Of a stretch of 64,000 bases of DNA, positions 17,318 to 27,071 are shown piece by piece (position 1 is the stretch's first letter; each line of letters begins with the position of its first letter). This DNA comes from a virus. The position numbers and the translations under genes were made by a program. The stretch is from IMG/VR virus record IMGVR_UViG_3300046777_001793, positions 56,529 through 120,528 of that record. The stretch is one strand, 5' to 3'. The notes beneath the pieces were generated by a model. That model was not told where the DNA came from and searched no databases. It saw only the letters and a program-made list of their open reading frames with translations.

Positions 17318-17752
17318 ATGAAAAAATCAACATTAAAAACAATTGAAAAAGTTGGTTTGACAATCTCTATTATGGGTTTATTTTTACTTGCATTGAGATT
17401 ATTAAGCAATGTTATTGAAAAGAATCCTTGGGATGAAAATGTATTCTTTAGTACAACAATAATAATAATTGGTTTATTAATCATAGGTTTTGTAACATGG
17501 TATAATATCTTGTTCAAGAAACATATTATCATTGACAAAGAACAAATCAACACCATGATATGTCAAATCAGATTTACAGCTGAAGATAGTTCAATCAAAA
17601 CAAATAGATTGTACACATCAGAATATTGTGATCCTGAACATGAGTGGATAGATGCTTTACTTAAATTTATTGAAGTTCAAAAAAAAGAAATACAAAAAGA
17701 ACACAAAAAGAATTTTGCTTTTGAAATAACAGTATTCCACAAAAACTTTTAA
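17318..17752 (+). CDS. two-TM membrane protein
   Basis: ATG 17318; two hydrophobic helices. Confidence 0.7.
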   Translation: MKKSTLKTIEKVGLTISIMGLFLLALRLLSNVIEKNPWDENVFFSTTIIIIGLLIIGFVTWYNILFKKHIIIDKEQINTMICQIRFTAEDSSIKTNRLYTSEYCDPEHEWIDALLKFIEVQKKEIQKEHKKNFAFEITVFHKNF

Positions 17753-17753
17753 C

Positions 17754-18098
17754 ATGAAAAAAATTTTTTTTATAAGTATAATCTTACTTATTGCATCATG
17801 CCAAGAACAAGACATAAAAGGATATGTAGTTTATAAAAAACACATTCCAAAACACATGTGTCATGATGAAGATGTAAAAATAGTTACAGAAGCAGGAATG
17901 ACACCAATAGTAGTTCCACATACAACTCATACACATCATCATTCAGAACAAGCCCCAACATGGGAAATTTATGTTTCAAATTCTTATGGTACAACAAAAG
18001 TTTCTGTAACTGAAAATTGTTACAATTCTTTTCATGTAACTGATAAAGTTCATGTATATGGCAATCATGTAGAATTAATTAAAAAAGGTTGCAGATAA
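17754..18098 (+). CDS. His-rich lipoprotein
   Basis: MKKIFFISIILLIAS-C signal; HTTHTHHH. Confidence 0.75.
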   Translation: MKKIFFISIILLIASCQEQDIKGYVVYKKHIPKHMCHDEDVKIVTEAGMTPIVVPHTTHTHHHSEQAPTWEIYVSNSYGTTKVSVTENCYNSFHVTDKVHVYGNHVELIKKGCR

Positions 18099-18256
18099 TG
18101 AAAAAAGTTGTTTGTATTGTACCATTTCCAGGTATGTTTACAAAAGATAAAGAGTATTCTGTAATAAAAAATTTACCTAACAACAGCTACCTTATCAAGT
18201 GTAATACTAATGAGGTAGTTAAAGTTAGTAAAGATAGGTTTTATTTAAAAAAATAA
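18098..18256 (+). CDS. 52-aa protein
   Basis: Manual translation MKKVVCIVPFPGMFTKDKEYSVI...; fills the gap. Confidence 0.55.
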   Translation: MKKVVCIVPFPGMFTKDKEYSVIKNLPNNSYLIKCNTNEVVKVSKDRFYLKK

Positions 18257-18259
18257 TCC

Positions 18260-18724
18260 ATGGAAAAAAGATTTACAGTTTGGGTAGGTGGCTTTGAAGT
18301 AAATGACCACTACCTAACACAACAAGAAGCTGAAGATTTAAAAAGAGAATATGTTGAGAAAGGATATGATGATGCAATAATTGAATCAAAAAAAAAAGGT
18401 TTAATCAAAGCATCAGTTTTTGTTAAATGGTTTTATTCAGATGAATCTGATACAAAAGATTTAGGTAGTGATGCAGTTTTTAATATAAAAACAAACGGAT
18501 ACTTCAACCTAACAGTAAAAGAAGTATTTGATAGTTGTGGATATATTCCTGCGCACATCTGTGATTTATTTCCAGGAGAAGAAGCAGATGAAGATGATGA
18601 TGTTCCGCCTAATGAATTAATATTCATTGATGACATTACTAAGGTTGGTACTTGTCATAAGTGTCATCAACAATACACAGGTGATGTAGATTATTGTCCT
18701 AATTGTAGAGCTTGTGTTGCCTGA
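18260..18724 (+). CDS. hypothetical protein with C-terminal zinc ribbon
   Basis: CHKC...CPNC. Confidence 0.7.
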   Translation: MEKRFTVWVGGFEVNDHYLTQQEAEDLKREYVEKGYDDAIIESKKKGLIKASVFVKWFYSDESDTKDLGSDAVFNIKTNGYFNLTVKEVFDSCGYIPAHICDLFPGEEADEDDDVPPNELIFIDDITKVGTCHKCHQQYTGDVDYCPNCRACVA

Positions 18725-18959
18725 ATGGTATGATAAGGTGGCTTTAACAACAGAGAACAAGAAATTTATCATGGTATATTACAATGATTATAAAGCTCAA
18801 TACAGATGGGAAATTGATCTTACATCTGAAGAGTTTAGATATTTATTACAGTACACCAGTGAGAAATTAAAATTAGTTTTTGAAAGAGAAGACTTTCCTT
18901 ATCAAAGAATAAAAGATTATTACAGAAGAAACTTAGCTTATATAAGATTAAGATTATGA
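18714..18959 (+). CDS. hypothetical protein
   Basis: Co-oriented ORF; start uncertain. Confidence 0.5.
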   Translation: MLPEWYDKVALTTENKKFIMVYYNDYKAQYRWEIDLTSEEFRYLLQYTSEKLKLVFEREDFPYQRIKDYYRRNLAYIRLRL

Positions 18960-19408
18960 AAAAAGGTGATATATTAATTGCCATTGATCCATGTGTAATG
19001 GATGATGGTGAAGTAGCATTAACTATTGGTAAAGAATATAAAGTAATCAGTTCATTAGTAAATGGAATATTGATTATAGATGATTCAGGTAGCCAACATA
19101 GTTATGACTATAATGACATTCCTAATTTCTTTATTACAAAAGTAGATGACTATGAAGTTCTAATTGGAAACATCAAGAAAGATGTTTGGAAAAGAATATT
19201 ATTGTTACCAAATGATGTAACCAAAAACATTATCAATATGCAAGAAAGAGCTATCCTTGACAACGGAGATGCTTATCATTTCTACATTAAAGATAATGAA
19301 CTGATAGATGATATATATCAAAAGTCTGTAAGCTTAACTGATATATGTATTGAAGATTTGATTTATTTGCTAGAGCAATGGCAAGAACTTTTAAATAAAG
19401 AACAATGA
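18956..19408 (+). CDS. hypothetical protein
   Basis: LTIGKEYKV SH3-like N-terminus. Confidence 0.7.
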   Translation: MKKGDILIAIDPCVMDDGEVALTIGKEYKVISSLVNGILIIDDSGSQHSYDYNDIPNFFITKVDDYEVLIGNIKKDVWKRILLLPNDVTKNIINMQERAILDNGDAYHFYIKDNELIDDIYQKSVSLTDICIEDLIYLLEQWQELLNKEQ

Positions 19409-20277
19409 AGTTAAATAACAAAAACATCACAGCAAAAATCATTGCAGACAGTATCAATCCTGTAGGAAATAGGATAACTTCAATGATACTTACAATGCCA
19501 CGTATAGTATTGGCAGAGTTTAATACTCACAGAGCATTAAGTAGAAACTCTGCATCAAGTAGAGCAATACCATTCCGTAAAATGGTACAACAAGTAATGG
19601 ATAACCCATTTATTCCTACAGCTTGGCAGAAAGACCATTCAGGAATGCAAGGTATAGAGTATTTTACAGAAGAAGAAGTAATTGCATTAGGTTTAGAAAA
19701 GCATTGGCTTGATGCAAGAAACTATGCGGTACATAGAGCAACTGAAATGAATGAAAGAGGTTTAACAAAACAAATATGCAATAGATTGCTTGAACCTTTT
19801 ATGATGCATACAATTATTGCTACAGCTACAGAATGGGAAAACTTTATTGCATTAAGAGCTAACCCTGAAGCAGAGATTCATATTCAAGATGCAGCATATA
19901 AAGTTCTTGATGCTTTAAATAAATCAACACCTACATTATTACAGCCTGGTATGTATCATATTCCATTTGGTGATATGATAGATGAAGATAGAGTCAAAGA
20001 GTTGTTTCCTAATCAAGATATTTCTCTTATCAAAATGAAAATTTCATTGGCAAGATGTGCACGTGTGTCATACCTTAACTTTGAAGGTAAGGATGATTAT
20101 GTTGCTGATGTCAAACTATTTGATAGATTAAGAGAATCAGGTCACATGTCACCATTTGAACACGCTGCTCAATGTTTAAGTTTTCCTAGTCAAAGTGGAA
20201 ACTTTATAGGTTGGTTACAATTTAGAAAAGAATTACCAAATGAAAACAGAAGAGAAGAAAGACTCATCAAAAAATAA
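19405..20277 (+). CDS. thyX: flavin-dependent thymidylate synthase
   Basis: AEFNTHRALSRNSASSRAIP motif; ARCARVSY and GHMSPFEH. Confidence 0.85.
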   Translation: MKLNNKNITAKIIADSINPVGNRITSMILTMPRIVLAEFNTHRALSRNSASSRAIPFRKMVQQVMDNPFIPTAWQKDHSGMQGIEYFTEEEVIALGLEKHWLDARNYAVHRATEMNERGLTKQICNRLLEPFMMHTIIATATEWENFIALRANPEAEIHIQDAAYKVLDALNKSTPTLLQPGMYHIPFGDMIDEDRVKELFPNQDISLIKMKISLARCARVSYLNFEGKDDYVADVKLFDRLRESGHMSPFEHAAQCLSFPSQSGNFIGWLQFRKELPNENRREERLIKK

Positions 20278-20363
20278 AAAGGTAGAAGTTGATCCGCAGT
20301 CCACTAATAAAAGGATTGCGGAACTTCTATTAAAGTTTAACAAAGAAATGTTTAAAGAAAAAG

Positions 20364-20558
20364 ATGGCGGAGGAAGTTTTGAACCTGGAAGAAAGTCCTA
20401 AAGACTATACAGTAAAAAAGAATATTATATTCTTTGGAGAAGATGAAAAAGTATCATTAGATGATATGAGAAAAGTATTCACATTGGAAGCAATAGCTAC
20501 CTTAATTAAAAATAATTATGTACAAAGGGATAATACCGGAATCAAGAAACAGCATTAA
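20364..20558 (+). CDS. hypothetical protein
   Basis: Co-oriented ORF. Confidence 0.55.
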   Translation: MAEEVLNLEESPKDYTVKKNIIFFGEDEKVSLDDMRKVFTLEAIATLIKNNYVQRDNTGIKKQH

Positions 20559-21102
20559 AGATAATGCTTTTAGATTAATATTCTTATATGTTTTTACATT
20601 TGGAGTAATAGCAGTATTGTTAATTTCAGGGATTGTAAATGAAACAAGACATCAGCAATCAAACAATCAAGTAACAATACCTATAGTAAAAGACACAACA
20701 AAAGTTGATACATCTATCTACTTTAAAGTGTACAGTTTTATAAATGAAGTAGGTATTAAATACCCTGATTTAGTATTTGCTAAAGCTGTATTAGAATCAG
20801 GTCACTTCAAAAGTAAATTGTTCTTAAACAAAAACAATTTATTTGGAATGAAAAAGGCAATGAGAAGATCTACATTAGGCCAAGGTAATGCAAATGAATA
20901 TGCTTATTTCAAATCAATTGAAGAATCTATAATTGATTATAAGCTATACCAAATGTTATTCATAGATGAAGTTTCCAGCAAAGAAGAATATTTAAGGCTA
21001 ATAGCTAAATCATATTCAGGAAATAAAAATTATGAAACATTAGTATTACAAGTGTTAGATTCTTTAAAAGAAAAGTATAAATGGATAAAGACAAAAAGTT
21101 AA
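20518..21102 (+). CDS. membrane-anchored GH73 glucosaminidase-like peptidoglycan hydrolase
   Basis: N-terminal TM; AKAVLESG..NNLFGMK..YAYF..SIIDY..NY. Confidence 0.8.
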   Translation: MYKGIIPESRNSIKDNAFRLIFLYVFTFGVIAVLLISGIVNETRHQQSNNQVTIPIVKDTTKVDTSIYFKVYSFINEVGIKYPDLVFAKAVLESGHFKSKLFLNKNNLFGMKKAMRRSTLGQGNANEYAYFKSIEESIIDYKLYQMLFIDEVSSKEEYLRLIAKSYSGNKNYETLVLQVLDSLKEKYKWIKTKS

Positions 21103-21290
21103 TTATCTTATTACTGTTTTGTATTGCAAGTACATACTTGTGTGCATACATAATCAATCTTTTAAAAAATGAACTAGGATCATTCCTATCTATGTTATTA
21201 TTTGTTATTGTCTTAATGATAACAGCAGTATTAACATTCATTGTTTCATCTAATTCAATTAACAAGCATGAAAAAAGAACAAGAAAGTGA
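21081..21290 (+). CDS. small two-TM membrane protein
   Basis: Two hydrophobic helices. Confidence 0.6.
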   Translation: MDKDKKLIILLLFCIASTYLCAYIINLLKNELGSFLSMLLFVIVLMITAVLTFIVSSNSINKHEKRTRK

Positions 21291-21690
21291 ATTATTTGCT
21301 AGAGCATTCCTATCAATGTCAAAAAAAAAGCAAACAGAATTTCTTATGAATCTGTTTGAAACAAACAATACATCAACAAAACTTGTTGATTATGTGTTAT
21401 ATAAACCGTTAGAGTCTAATTATGGTTTACGTGTAGGTGAGTATGGTTTACTAGAATTAAATGCTAGCATTTATCCATCAATTAATAAACAATATTATGT
21501 TGATAAAGACTTAGTGATTGACCATGATAAAATTAAAGTAAAAATTGAACGTATTAATGTGTTTGATGCGTATCTTTGGGTTGAAATTTACACAAATAAC
21601 AACAAAAAAGAATTGGTAAGTGTATATGAAAGCTATATAAAACCTTTACCAACACTTGATGAAGTTATAAGTGAAGCATTTGATTTTTAA
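21268..21690 (+). CDS. hypothetical protein
   Basis: ATG 21268. Confidence 0.7.
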   Translation: MKKEQESELFARAFLSMSKKKQTEFLMNLFETNNTSTKLVDYVLYKPLESNYGLRVGEYGLLELNASIYPSINKQYYVDKDLVIDHDKIKVKIERINVFDAYLWVEIYTNNNKKELVSVYESYIKPLPTLDEVISEAFDF

Positions 21691-21915
21691 ATGATCTATC
21701 AACTTCCTAATGGCAAAACAATTAATATAAGTATGGAAGCATATCTGAATATGTCAGATGATGATTTTAAGTATCTTAATGAAATGAACATAGGAAGTTC
21801 AAATGTTGACAACCCTTTCATCAGTCCTGATGAATTAGAAAATTTAGATTTAATCATTGATGATGATGACATCTTAGATATAGACAGTATAGACATAGAA
21901 CCTGTCGAAGATTAA
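21691..21915 (+). CDS. small acidic protein
   Basis: MIYQLPNGK..YL..SDDD; Asp-rich tail. Confidence 0.7.
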   Translation: MIYQLPNGKTINISMEAYLNMSDDDFKYLNEMNIGSSNVDNPFISPDELENLDLIIDDDDILDIDSIDIEPVED

Positions 21916-21940
21916 TTAACCCCTTATTAAAATTATTTTT

Positions 21941-22396
21941 ATGAAAGCTGAAATATACAACAGCTTACAGGAATTGGAATATTCTGGTAAGTTAGCTCAC
22001 AAACAATTTAAAAGTTCAAGCATTGTAAAATATGAAACTTTATCTATAGTTCAGAATGAGCTATACAAAAGATGTCTTATTGGTTTAGAGTTTTACTCAC
22101 CACAAGAACTATACTTTATGAACTCTGCTAAAAAAGCAAAGATCACTAAAAGACACAGAGTAGTTCAAGACCATCTTAATCTATGGAAACAAGAGTTAAC
22201 AAATGGAGCAGTAAACAAACTGTTAAAAACATTGTTTCCAAAATCTGACTGTATTGTATCTATCATAAACAATAATGATACAGATAAGACCTTTAAAAAT
22301 ACTTTAACTTTTAAAGATTTAGGTATATCAAAATCACAAATAATTGATAGATTAATTGAATATAAATTTCTTCCTAATAACTTTGCATCATTATGA
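21941..22396 (+). CDS. hypothetical protein
   Basis: 151-aa ORF. Confidence 0.75.
   Translation: MKAEIYNSLQELEYSGKLAHKQFKSSSIVKYETLSIVQNELYKRCLIGLEFYSPQELYFMNSAKKAKITKRHRVVQDHLNLWKQELTNGAVNKLLKTLFPKSDCIVSIINNNDTDKTFKNTLTFKDLGISKSQIIDRLIEYKFLPNNFASL
22356..22385 (+). promoter_or_regulatory. Bacteroidetes housekeeping-sigma promoter
   Basis: TTG-N19-TAACTTTG just upstream of the HNH gene. Confidence 0.6.
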
Positions 22397-22794
22397 TGGG
22401 GAAAACAAAACTTTGCAACGGATGTCAACGTGATAAGTACATCTACAAAAATGTAACTATTGATGGTGTCCGTTGCAGGTTTTGTAAAGAATGTGCTTTA
22501 AATCCAAAAGTAAATATTACTCTTACACCTACTCAAATAAAAAAGAAAAGTGATAAGAAAGTAATTGAAGATAGATTGTATTCTATACTTAGAAAGAAAC
22601 ACATGGAAGAGTTTCCGCTATGTCAAGCTAAATTACCTGTATGCACTAATGTTGCTGTTGATATACATCACACAGCAAAAAGAGGAGTTAACACTAACAA
22701 TGTTTCTACTTGGATTAGTGTATGCAGAGCTTGCCATAATTGGATACACTTTGTAGATCCAGCACAAGCAAGAGAATTAGGATTATTAAAATAA
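22393..22794 (+). CDS. HNH-type nuclease with zinc fingers
   Basis: CxxC pairs; DIHH...N...CRACHNWIH. Confidence 0.8.
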   Translation: MMGKTKLCNGCQRDKYIYKNVTIDGVRCRFCKECALNPKVNITLTPTQIKKKSDKKVIEDRLYSILRKKHMEEFPLCQAKLPVCTNVAVDIHHTAKRGVNTNNVSTWISVCRACHNWIHFVDPAQARELGLLK

Positions 22795-22797
22795 CTT

Positions 22798-23898
22798 ATG
22801 AACCAAAAAGATATAGTTCAAGCAGAATGCTTAAAGAAAATAATTAACAAAAAAAGATGTTGTACTGTACTTGGTACAGGTTCAGGTAAGACAATGCTTG
22901 CATTAAAACACATGATGCAACAATATACAGACTTATCATTATTTCTTGTTGTTTGTCCTACAAAAGCAATCAAAGATGGCTGGATAAAAGAAATTAAAGA
23001 CAATGATTTAGACTTCTTGCTTAATCATATTACATTCAGCACCTATCTTTCTTTACACAAACAAGATTACAAAAATACTGATTGGGTTTACTTTGATGAA
23101 TCACACAACTTAAAGTTCACACATGAACCTTGGTTGCAGTTGTATGAAGGTAATATACTTGCTTTGACAGGAACACCACCTAAAAATAAACAACAGGAAA
23201 ACTATATACTTACGGATAGATATTTTCCAATAGCATTTAACTTTGGAATAGATGCTGCTATAGCACAAAAGATGTTGAATGACTATAGAATACACATCCA
23301 TCAGTTGAAGTTATCTGAAAAGACAACACACAAAGCAAAGTTTGGAATGACAAGTGAATCAAAAGCATACACTAGTATATGCAGAAGACTTGACAAAACA
23401 CCAAACACAGCAAACAAAATACTACGTATGAAAACTCTTCAAGGGTTTAACACAAAAGTATTATATGCTAAAATGTTGTTAGAAGTTCAAGAAAATAAAA
23501 CATTAGTGTTTACTGATTATACAGAACAAGCAGATAAAATTTGTAAATATTCTTACCACAGCAAAAACAAAAACAGCAAGAATAACCTTGAAATGTTTAA
23601 GTCTGGTGAGATAACTAAACTTGCTTCTGTACAACAGCTTAATGAAGGTGTAAACATACCTAACCTTAAAGTTGGTATCATCATGCATTCATACGCTAAT
23701 GAAAAGAAACTACCACAAAAAATTGGTAGGTTGTTAAGGCTTAATCCTAATGACACAGCAGACATACATATACTAGTGTATCAAAATACTGTTGACATGG
23801 ATTGGCTAAAGAACGCACTTAAATCATTTGATAAAAATAAAATCTTTACTTATGACACAAGAAAAACAGTTGATGCTTTTAAACGACTCCATTCATAG
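22798..23898 (+). CDS. superfamily 2 (DExH) helicase
   Basis: GTGSGKT, DESH, LTGT, LNEGVN, QKIGRLLR. Confidence 0.9.
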   Translation: MNQKDIVQAECLKKIINKKRCCTVLGTGSGKTMLALKHMMQQYTDLSLFLVVCPTKAIKDGWIKEIKDNDLDFLLNHITFSTYLSLHKQDYKNTDWVYFDESHNLKFTHEPWLQLYEGNILALTGTPPKNKQQENYILTDRYFPIAFNFGIDAAIAQKMLNDYRIHIHQLKLSEKTTHKAKFGMTSESKAYTSICRRLDKTPNTANKILRMKTLQGFNTKVLYAKMLLEVQENKTLVFTDYTEQADKICKYSYHSKNKNSKNNLEMFKSGEITKLASVQQLNEGVNIPNLKVGIIMHSYANEKKLPQKIGRLLRLNPNDTADIHILVYQNTVDMDWLKNALKSFDKNKIFTYDTRKTVDAFKRLHS

Positions 23899-24094
23899 TT
23901 ATGACTATGTAAAAGCATGCATACTAAAGTATGTTCACCCATTCAGCTTTATTCAAGCAGAACAATTAGTAACCATTGCTCATTACACAGGAAAAGCATC
24001 AATAAAAGTATCTGATGACATAGTAACGCTTGTTAAAATTCAACAAGAATTGGAAAACAAAGGTCTTAAAACAGAAATAATACCATGCAAATAG
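23852..24094 (+). CDS. clpS: ClpS-like N-degron adaptor
   Basis: LLNDSIHSYDYV..QAEQ..AHYTGKA..L...GL pattern of Bacteroidetes ClpS; ATG 23852. Confidence 0.7.
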   Translation: MTQEKQLMLLNDSIHSYDYVKACILKYVHPFSFIQAEQLVTIAHYTGKASIKVSDDIVTLVKIQQELENKGLKTEIIPCK

Positions 24095-24390
24095 AACCGT
24101 TCAAAGTCATCTGTATTGATGACACAAAAATTCCTAATGAAATACCTAAACATCTACGCGTTGTAGAAAAAAAAATCTACACAGCAGAAGGTATTGTGCA
24201 TTTACTATCATCTAATGTCATAGGTTTACACATTTTAGAGTGTCCACTAACAGAAAAAACAACCTTTCCATATCTTTATTGGGGTGCTCACAGATTTATT
24301 CCATATACAGAAGAAGCCATGGCAGAACTAATGAGTCTGGAAAAAGAAATTGGTGATATGTTAACACCAGATAAAACAAGAATGGCATGA
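24085..24390 (+). CDS. hypothetical protein
   Basis: KVICIDD ORF, coupled start. Confidence 0.7.
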   Translation: MQIEPFKVICIDDTKIPNEIPKHLRVVEKKIYTAEGIVHLLSSNVIGLHILECPLTEKTTFPYLYWGAHRFIPYTEEAMAELMSLEKEIGDMLTPDKTRMA

Positions 24391-24776
24391 ACCATGGAAT
24401 ACTTTGTAAAAAGTATTATAGAAAACAAGAGTGGGATAAAACAGTATATAATTCCAATGAACATTTATTGAGAAGTATTACTGAATATTTTGCTGGTTAC
24501 ACATCAAGAAACATTTACTATGGTGCATTAAAGCATAAGACCATAATGGTATTAAAAGGTTTTGATCATACCCTATATGAGATAAGAGATGCATTAAATC
24601 TTACAAATCATGCTACAGTATGTCATTACCTAACAAAGTATAAAAAGTCTTATGATTATGATACATTCATAGAAGAAAATTACTTGAAGTGTATATATGA
24701 AAAACTGTATCCTGTTACAGTTTACACAAAAGAAGGAGAACTTAGTTATAAATTAGTTAAAAAAGAAGAGCTATGA
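24387..24776 (+). CDS. HTH protein with DnaA C-terminal-like motif
   Basis: TLYEIRDALNLTNHATVCHY resembles the DnaA domain IV signature. Confidence 0.5.
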   Translation: MNHGILCKKYYRKQEWDKTVYNSNEHLLRSITEYFAGYTSRNIYYGALKHKTIMVLKGFDHTLYEIRDALNLTNHATVCHYLTKYKKSYDYDTFIEENYLKCIYEKLYPVTVYTKEGELSYKLVKKEEL

Positions 24777-24963
24777 GCAATAAGAGAAAGATAAGTAGAG
24801 TTTTCCCAGGAAGAACAAGATCAAACACACACATGCTTGTTGTAGAGATTAAAAACTCTATACTCAAAAGTGTAATTGATATTCAAAACAAGAAAAGTTT
24901 TATATCACATGATTACGCTAAAATAACAGGCAACAGAGTTCAAGAACAATGTAATTTAGGATA

Positions 24964-25518
24964 ATGGCTAACTGGTGTTATAATTCGGTCTTATTTGAAG
25001 GAGATGAAAAAAATATCTCTGCTTTAACAAAGATTGTTGAAGACATGGTAGAGAGAGCAAACAAAGGAAATTGTGGTGTTATTCCTTTAGTACAAGAAAA
25101 AGAACTTGACAATTACTATTTTGAGATACACATAAATGAAAAAAGTGAAACTCATTTAGAGATAACTTATAGTACAAAGCACAACCAAAACCCATTAAAT
25201 TTAAACTTTCTTTGTGTTAAGTTTGGAGTTGATTCTATGTATGGTTCTTTTAGTGAAGAGTCATATAAAGTTTATGGCGAGTATAAATTTGAAGACAACA
25301 CATTCTATACAAAAGAATTAACTGATGCGGAATTTGATAGTTGTGAAGTTTTACTAGATGAAAATACAGATGAAGTTCTTAAACGGAGAGCAGATTATTT
25401 AGACAATGAAGAAGAATGGGATGAGTTAACTGAACAAGAAGATACTTATACAACTCATCAATATGAATTGCTAGATGATATATTAGATAAAAAGGATTGG
25501 ATTAAATTAAAGACATGA
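24964..25518 (+). CDS. DUF1281/YubB-like protein
   Basis: MANWCYN N-terminus. Confidence 0.55.
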   Translation: MANWCYNSVLFEGDEKNISALTKIVEDMVERANKGNCGVIPLVQEKELDNYYFEIHINEKSETHLEITYSTKHNQNPLNLNFLCVKFGVDSMYGSFSEESYKVYGEYKFEDNTFYTKELTDAEFDSCEVLLDENTDEVLKRRADYLDNEEEWDELTEQEDTYTTHQYELLDDILDKKDWIKLKT

Positions 25519-25862
25519 GAAATAGAAGTGCTTATAATTACCTGCATATTTCTAAAAGAATACATCAATGTGTTCAACTAGAATTATATTATGTTGGTGA
25601 ACCTGTGTTAAAACTGATCCATTGTGACCAAGAGTATCTTAATGAAATGGTTGAAAGAGCCAATGAATTATTTGATAGTCTTACACCAAGTTTAATTATG
25701 AGTGCTATAAAACTATTACCATTGTTGCCAAAAGATTTTCCTAAATTCCATGACTACATTTGTTATAGCTTAAAAGAATTACTGATTATCAAAATGAAAT
25801 TAGTAGATGATGAATGTATCTCACATTTTGAAATAGAATATGAAAAAAACCACACTAATTAA
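25515..25862 (+). CDS. hypothetical protein
   Basis: Coupled ORF. Confidence 0.65.
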   Translation: MRNRSAYNYLHISKRIHQCVQLELYYVGEPVLKLIHCDQEYLNEMVERANELFDSLTPSLIMSAIKLLPLLPKDFPKFHDYICYSLKELLIIKMKLVDDECISHFEIEYEKNHTN

Positions 25863-26232
25863 ATTCAAAAAAATAGATGGTAAATTAAAACCTGCTGATG
25901 GATTAATGACACACAGGTTTAATCAATTTGTAGCAAATCTAACACCAGATGATGTTGTTGAAGCAATGTTTGAAGCTGATGAACCAGACAATACAAAAGC
26001 TCAATTAGCAAAGATTCATGTGATGATTAGAGAAATTGCTGATGAAACAGGAGAAGATGTTAAGAAAACAAAGAATGACATCAAAGATCAATGTGGATTG
26101 ACTACATACAGAGATAATAAAAAATACTTCAAATCATTTGCTGATTGCTCTAAAAAAGAACTATCAGATGTGATTGAAAAGATTTATATTATTGGTGAGT
26201 TTGTAGGAATTAACTTTCAAAAAGATCTTTAA
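25840..26232 (+). CDS. hypothetical protein, NinB-like
   Basis: TxAQLAKIHVMIREIADETG..KSFADCS..EL (weak). Confidence 0.6.
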   Translation: MKKTTLIKFKKIDGKLKPADGLMTHRFNQFVANLTPDDVVEAMFEADEPDNTKAQLAKIHVMIREIADETGEDVKKTKNDIKDQCGLTTYRDNKKYFKSFADCSKKELSDVIEKIYIIGEFVGINFQKDL

Positions 26233-26497
26233 CATCAATTTCTTGTTCTTCAAGTAAGTTGTGTTCTTTAGCGTAAAGTTCCATTTCATTTATCAAATGA
26301 ATTAAAACGCTAATCATAGCTTCTTCTTTAGTAATGTCATCAGCATTATCTAAAATCTTTGTTAATGATTTTACCTGGTCCGGTTGATCATTCATTAACT
26401 TAAAGAAAAAACCTTTTAGTTTTTTGTAATAGTTAGTATTTAACTTTACAATCAACTCAACATTATCTTTTATAACCTCTAATTTTTGTACAGACAT
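26210..26497 (-). CDS. hypothetical protein, lone antisense gene
   Basis: Occupies otherwise empty 264-nt gap; TACCTTTG -7 element at 26530-26537 on the minus strand. Confidence 0.6.
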   Translation of the reverse strand: MSVQKLEVIKDNVELIVKLNTNYYKKLKGFFFKLMNDQPDQVKSLTKILDNADDITKEEAMISVLIHLINEMELYAKEHNLLEEQEIDVKDLFES

Positions 26498-27053
26498 GAG
26501 TTTTGAAATTAAAATTCAAGAAATTAATTCAAAGGTAGTAAATAAACTTCAAGATACTACTTGGAGTAGCGTGCTTGTTCCTTATATTAATTCACCAGAA
26601 CATTTTGAATTAATGAAAACCTTAATGGTTGAAACAAAATCCGGATTAACATTTCAACCACCATTAAAAGAATGGTTTGTTGAGTTCAATAAGGATTATG
26701 ATAAAATCAAAATGGTTATTGTCACAACAGACTATGAAAACCCTGTTGTAACAGATGATCCTGAAGTTCTACATTTAGTATTAAACAAAACTTCTAACTC
26801 AAAAGAATCACATGGATTTCTTTGGGAAAAATTCAACAAGGATTTAATACTAGCAACTAGTAAAAACAGTTGTGCTTATGTATTTGTAGGACAAGCAACG
26901 TATAGTTATGCTGCACTAGTTCCAAACAATAAAAAGTTTATTATGCCAGAGCCAACACATAAGTTTTGGGATGATGATAAACTTGTAAATGCGTTTTCAG
27001 AAAATGTAAATAAAGTATTGTTAGGACTTGGCACAACAAAAATAAAATGGTAA
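26496..27053 (+). CDS. degenerate uracil-DNA glycosylase-like protein
   Basis: UNG-like W..L...PP...F...KMVIV and terminal N..L...G..KIKW; GQDPY replaced by TTDYE. Confidence 0.55.
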   Translation: MSFEIKIQEINSKVVNKLQDTTWSSVLVPYINSPEHFELMKTLMVETKSGLTFQPPLKEWFVEFNKDYDKIKMVIVTTDYENPVVTDDPEVLHLVLNKTSNSKESHGFLWEKFNKDLILATSKNSCAYVFVGQATYSYAALVPNNKKFIMPEPTHKFWDDDKLVNAFSENVNKVLLGLGTTKIKW

Positions 27054-27058
27054 CTTTG
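27028..27058 (+). promoter_or_regulatory. Bacteroidetes housekeeping-sigma promoter for the replication block
   Basis: TTG-N20-TAACTTTG, 13 nt before ATG 27072. Confidence 0.55.
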
Positions 27059-27071
27059 ATGCCCCCATTTT

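Noticed and set aside
19405-27053. Uracil-substituted genome, suggested by the dead UNG
   Set aside because: An intact ThyX implies dTMP synthesis; no supporting pathway genes are visible.
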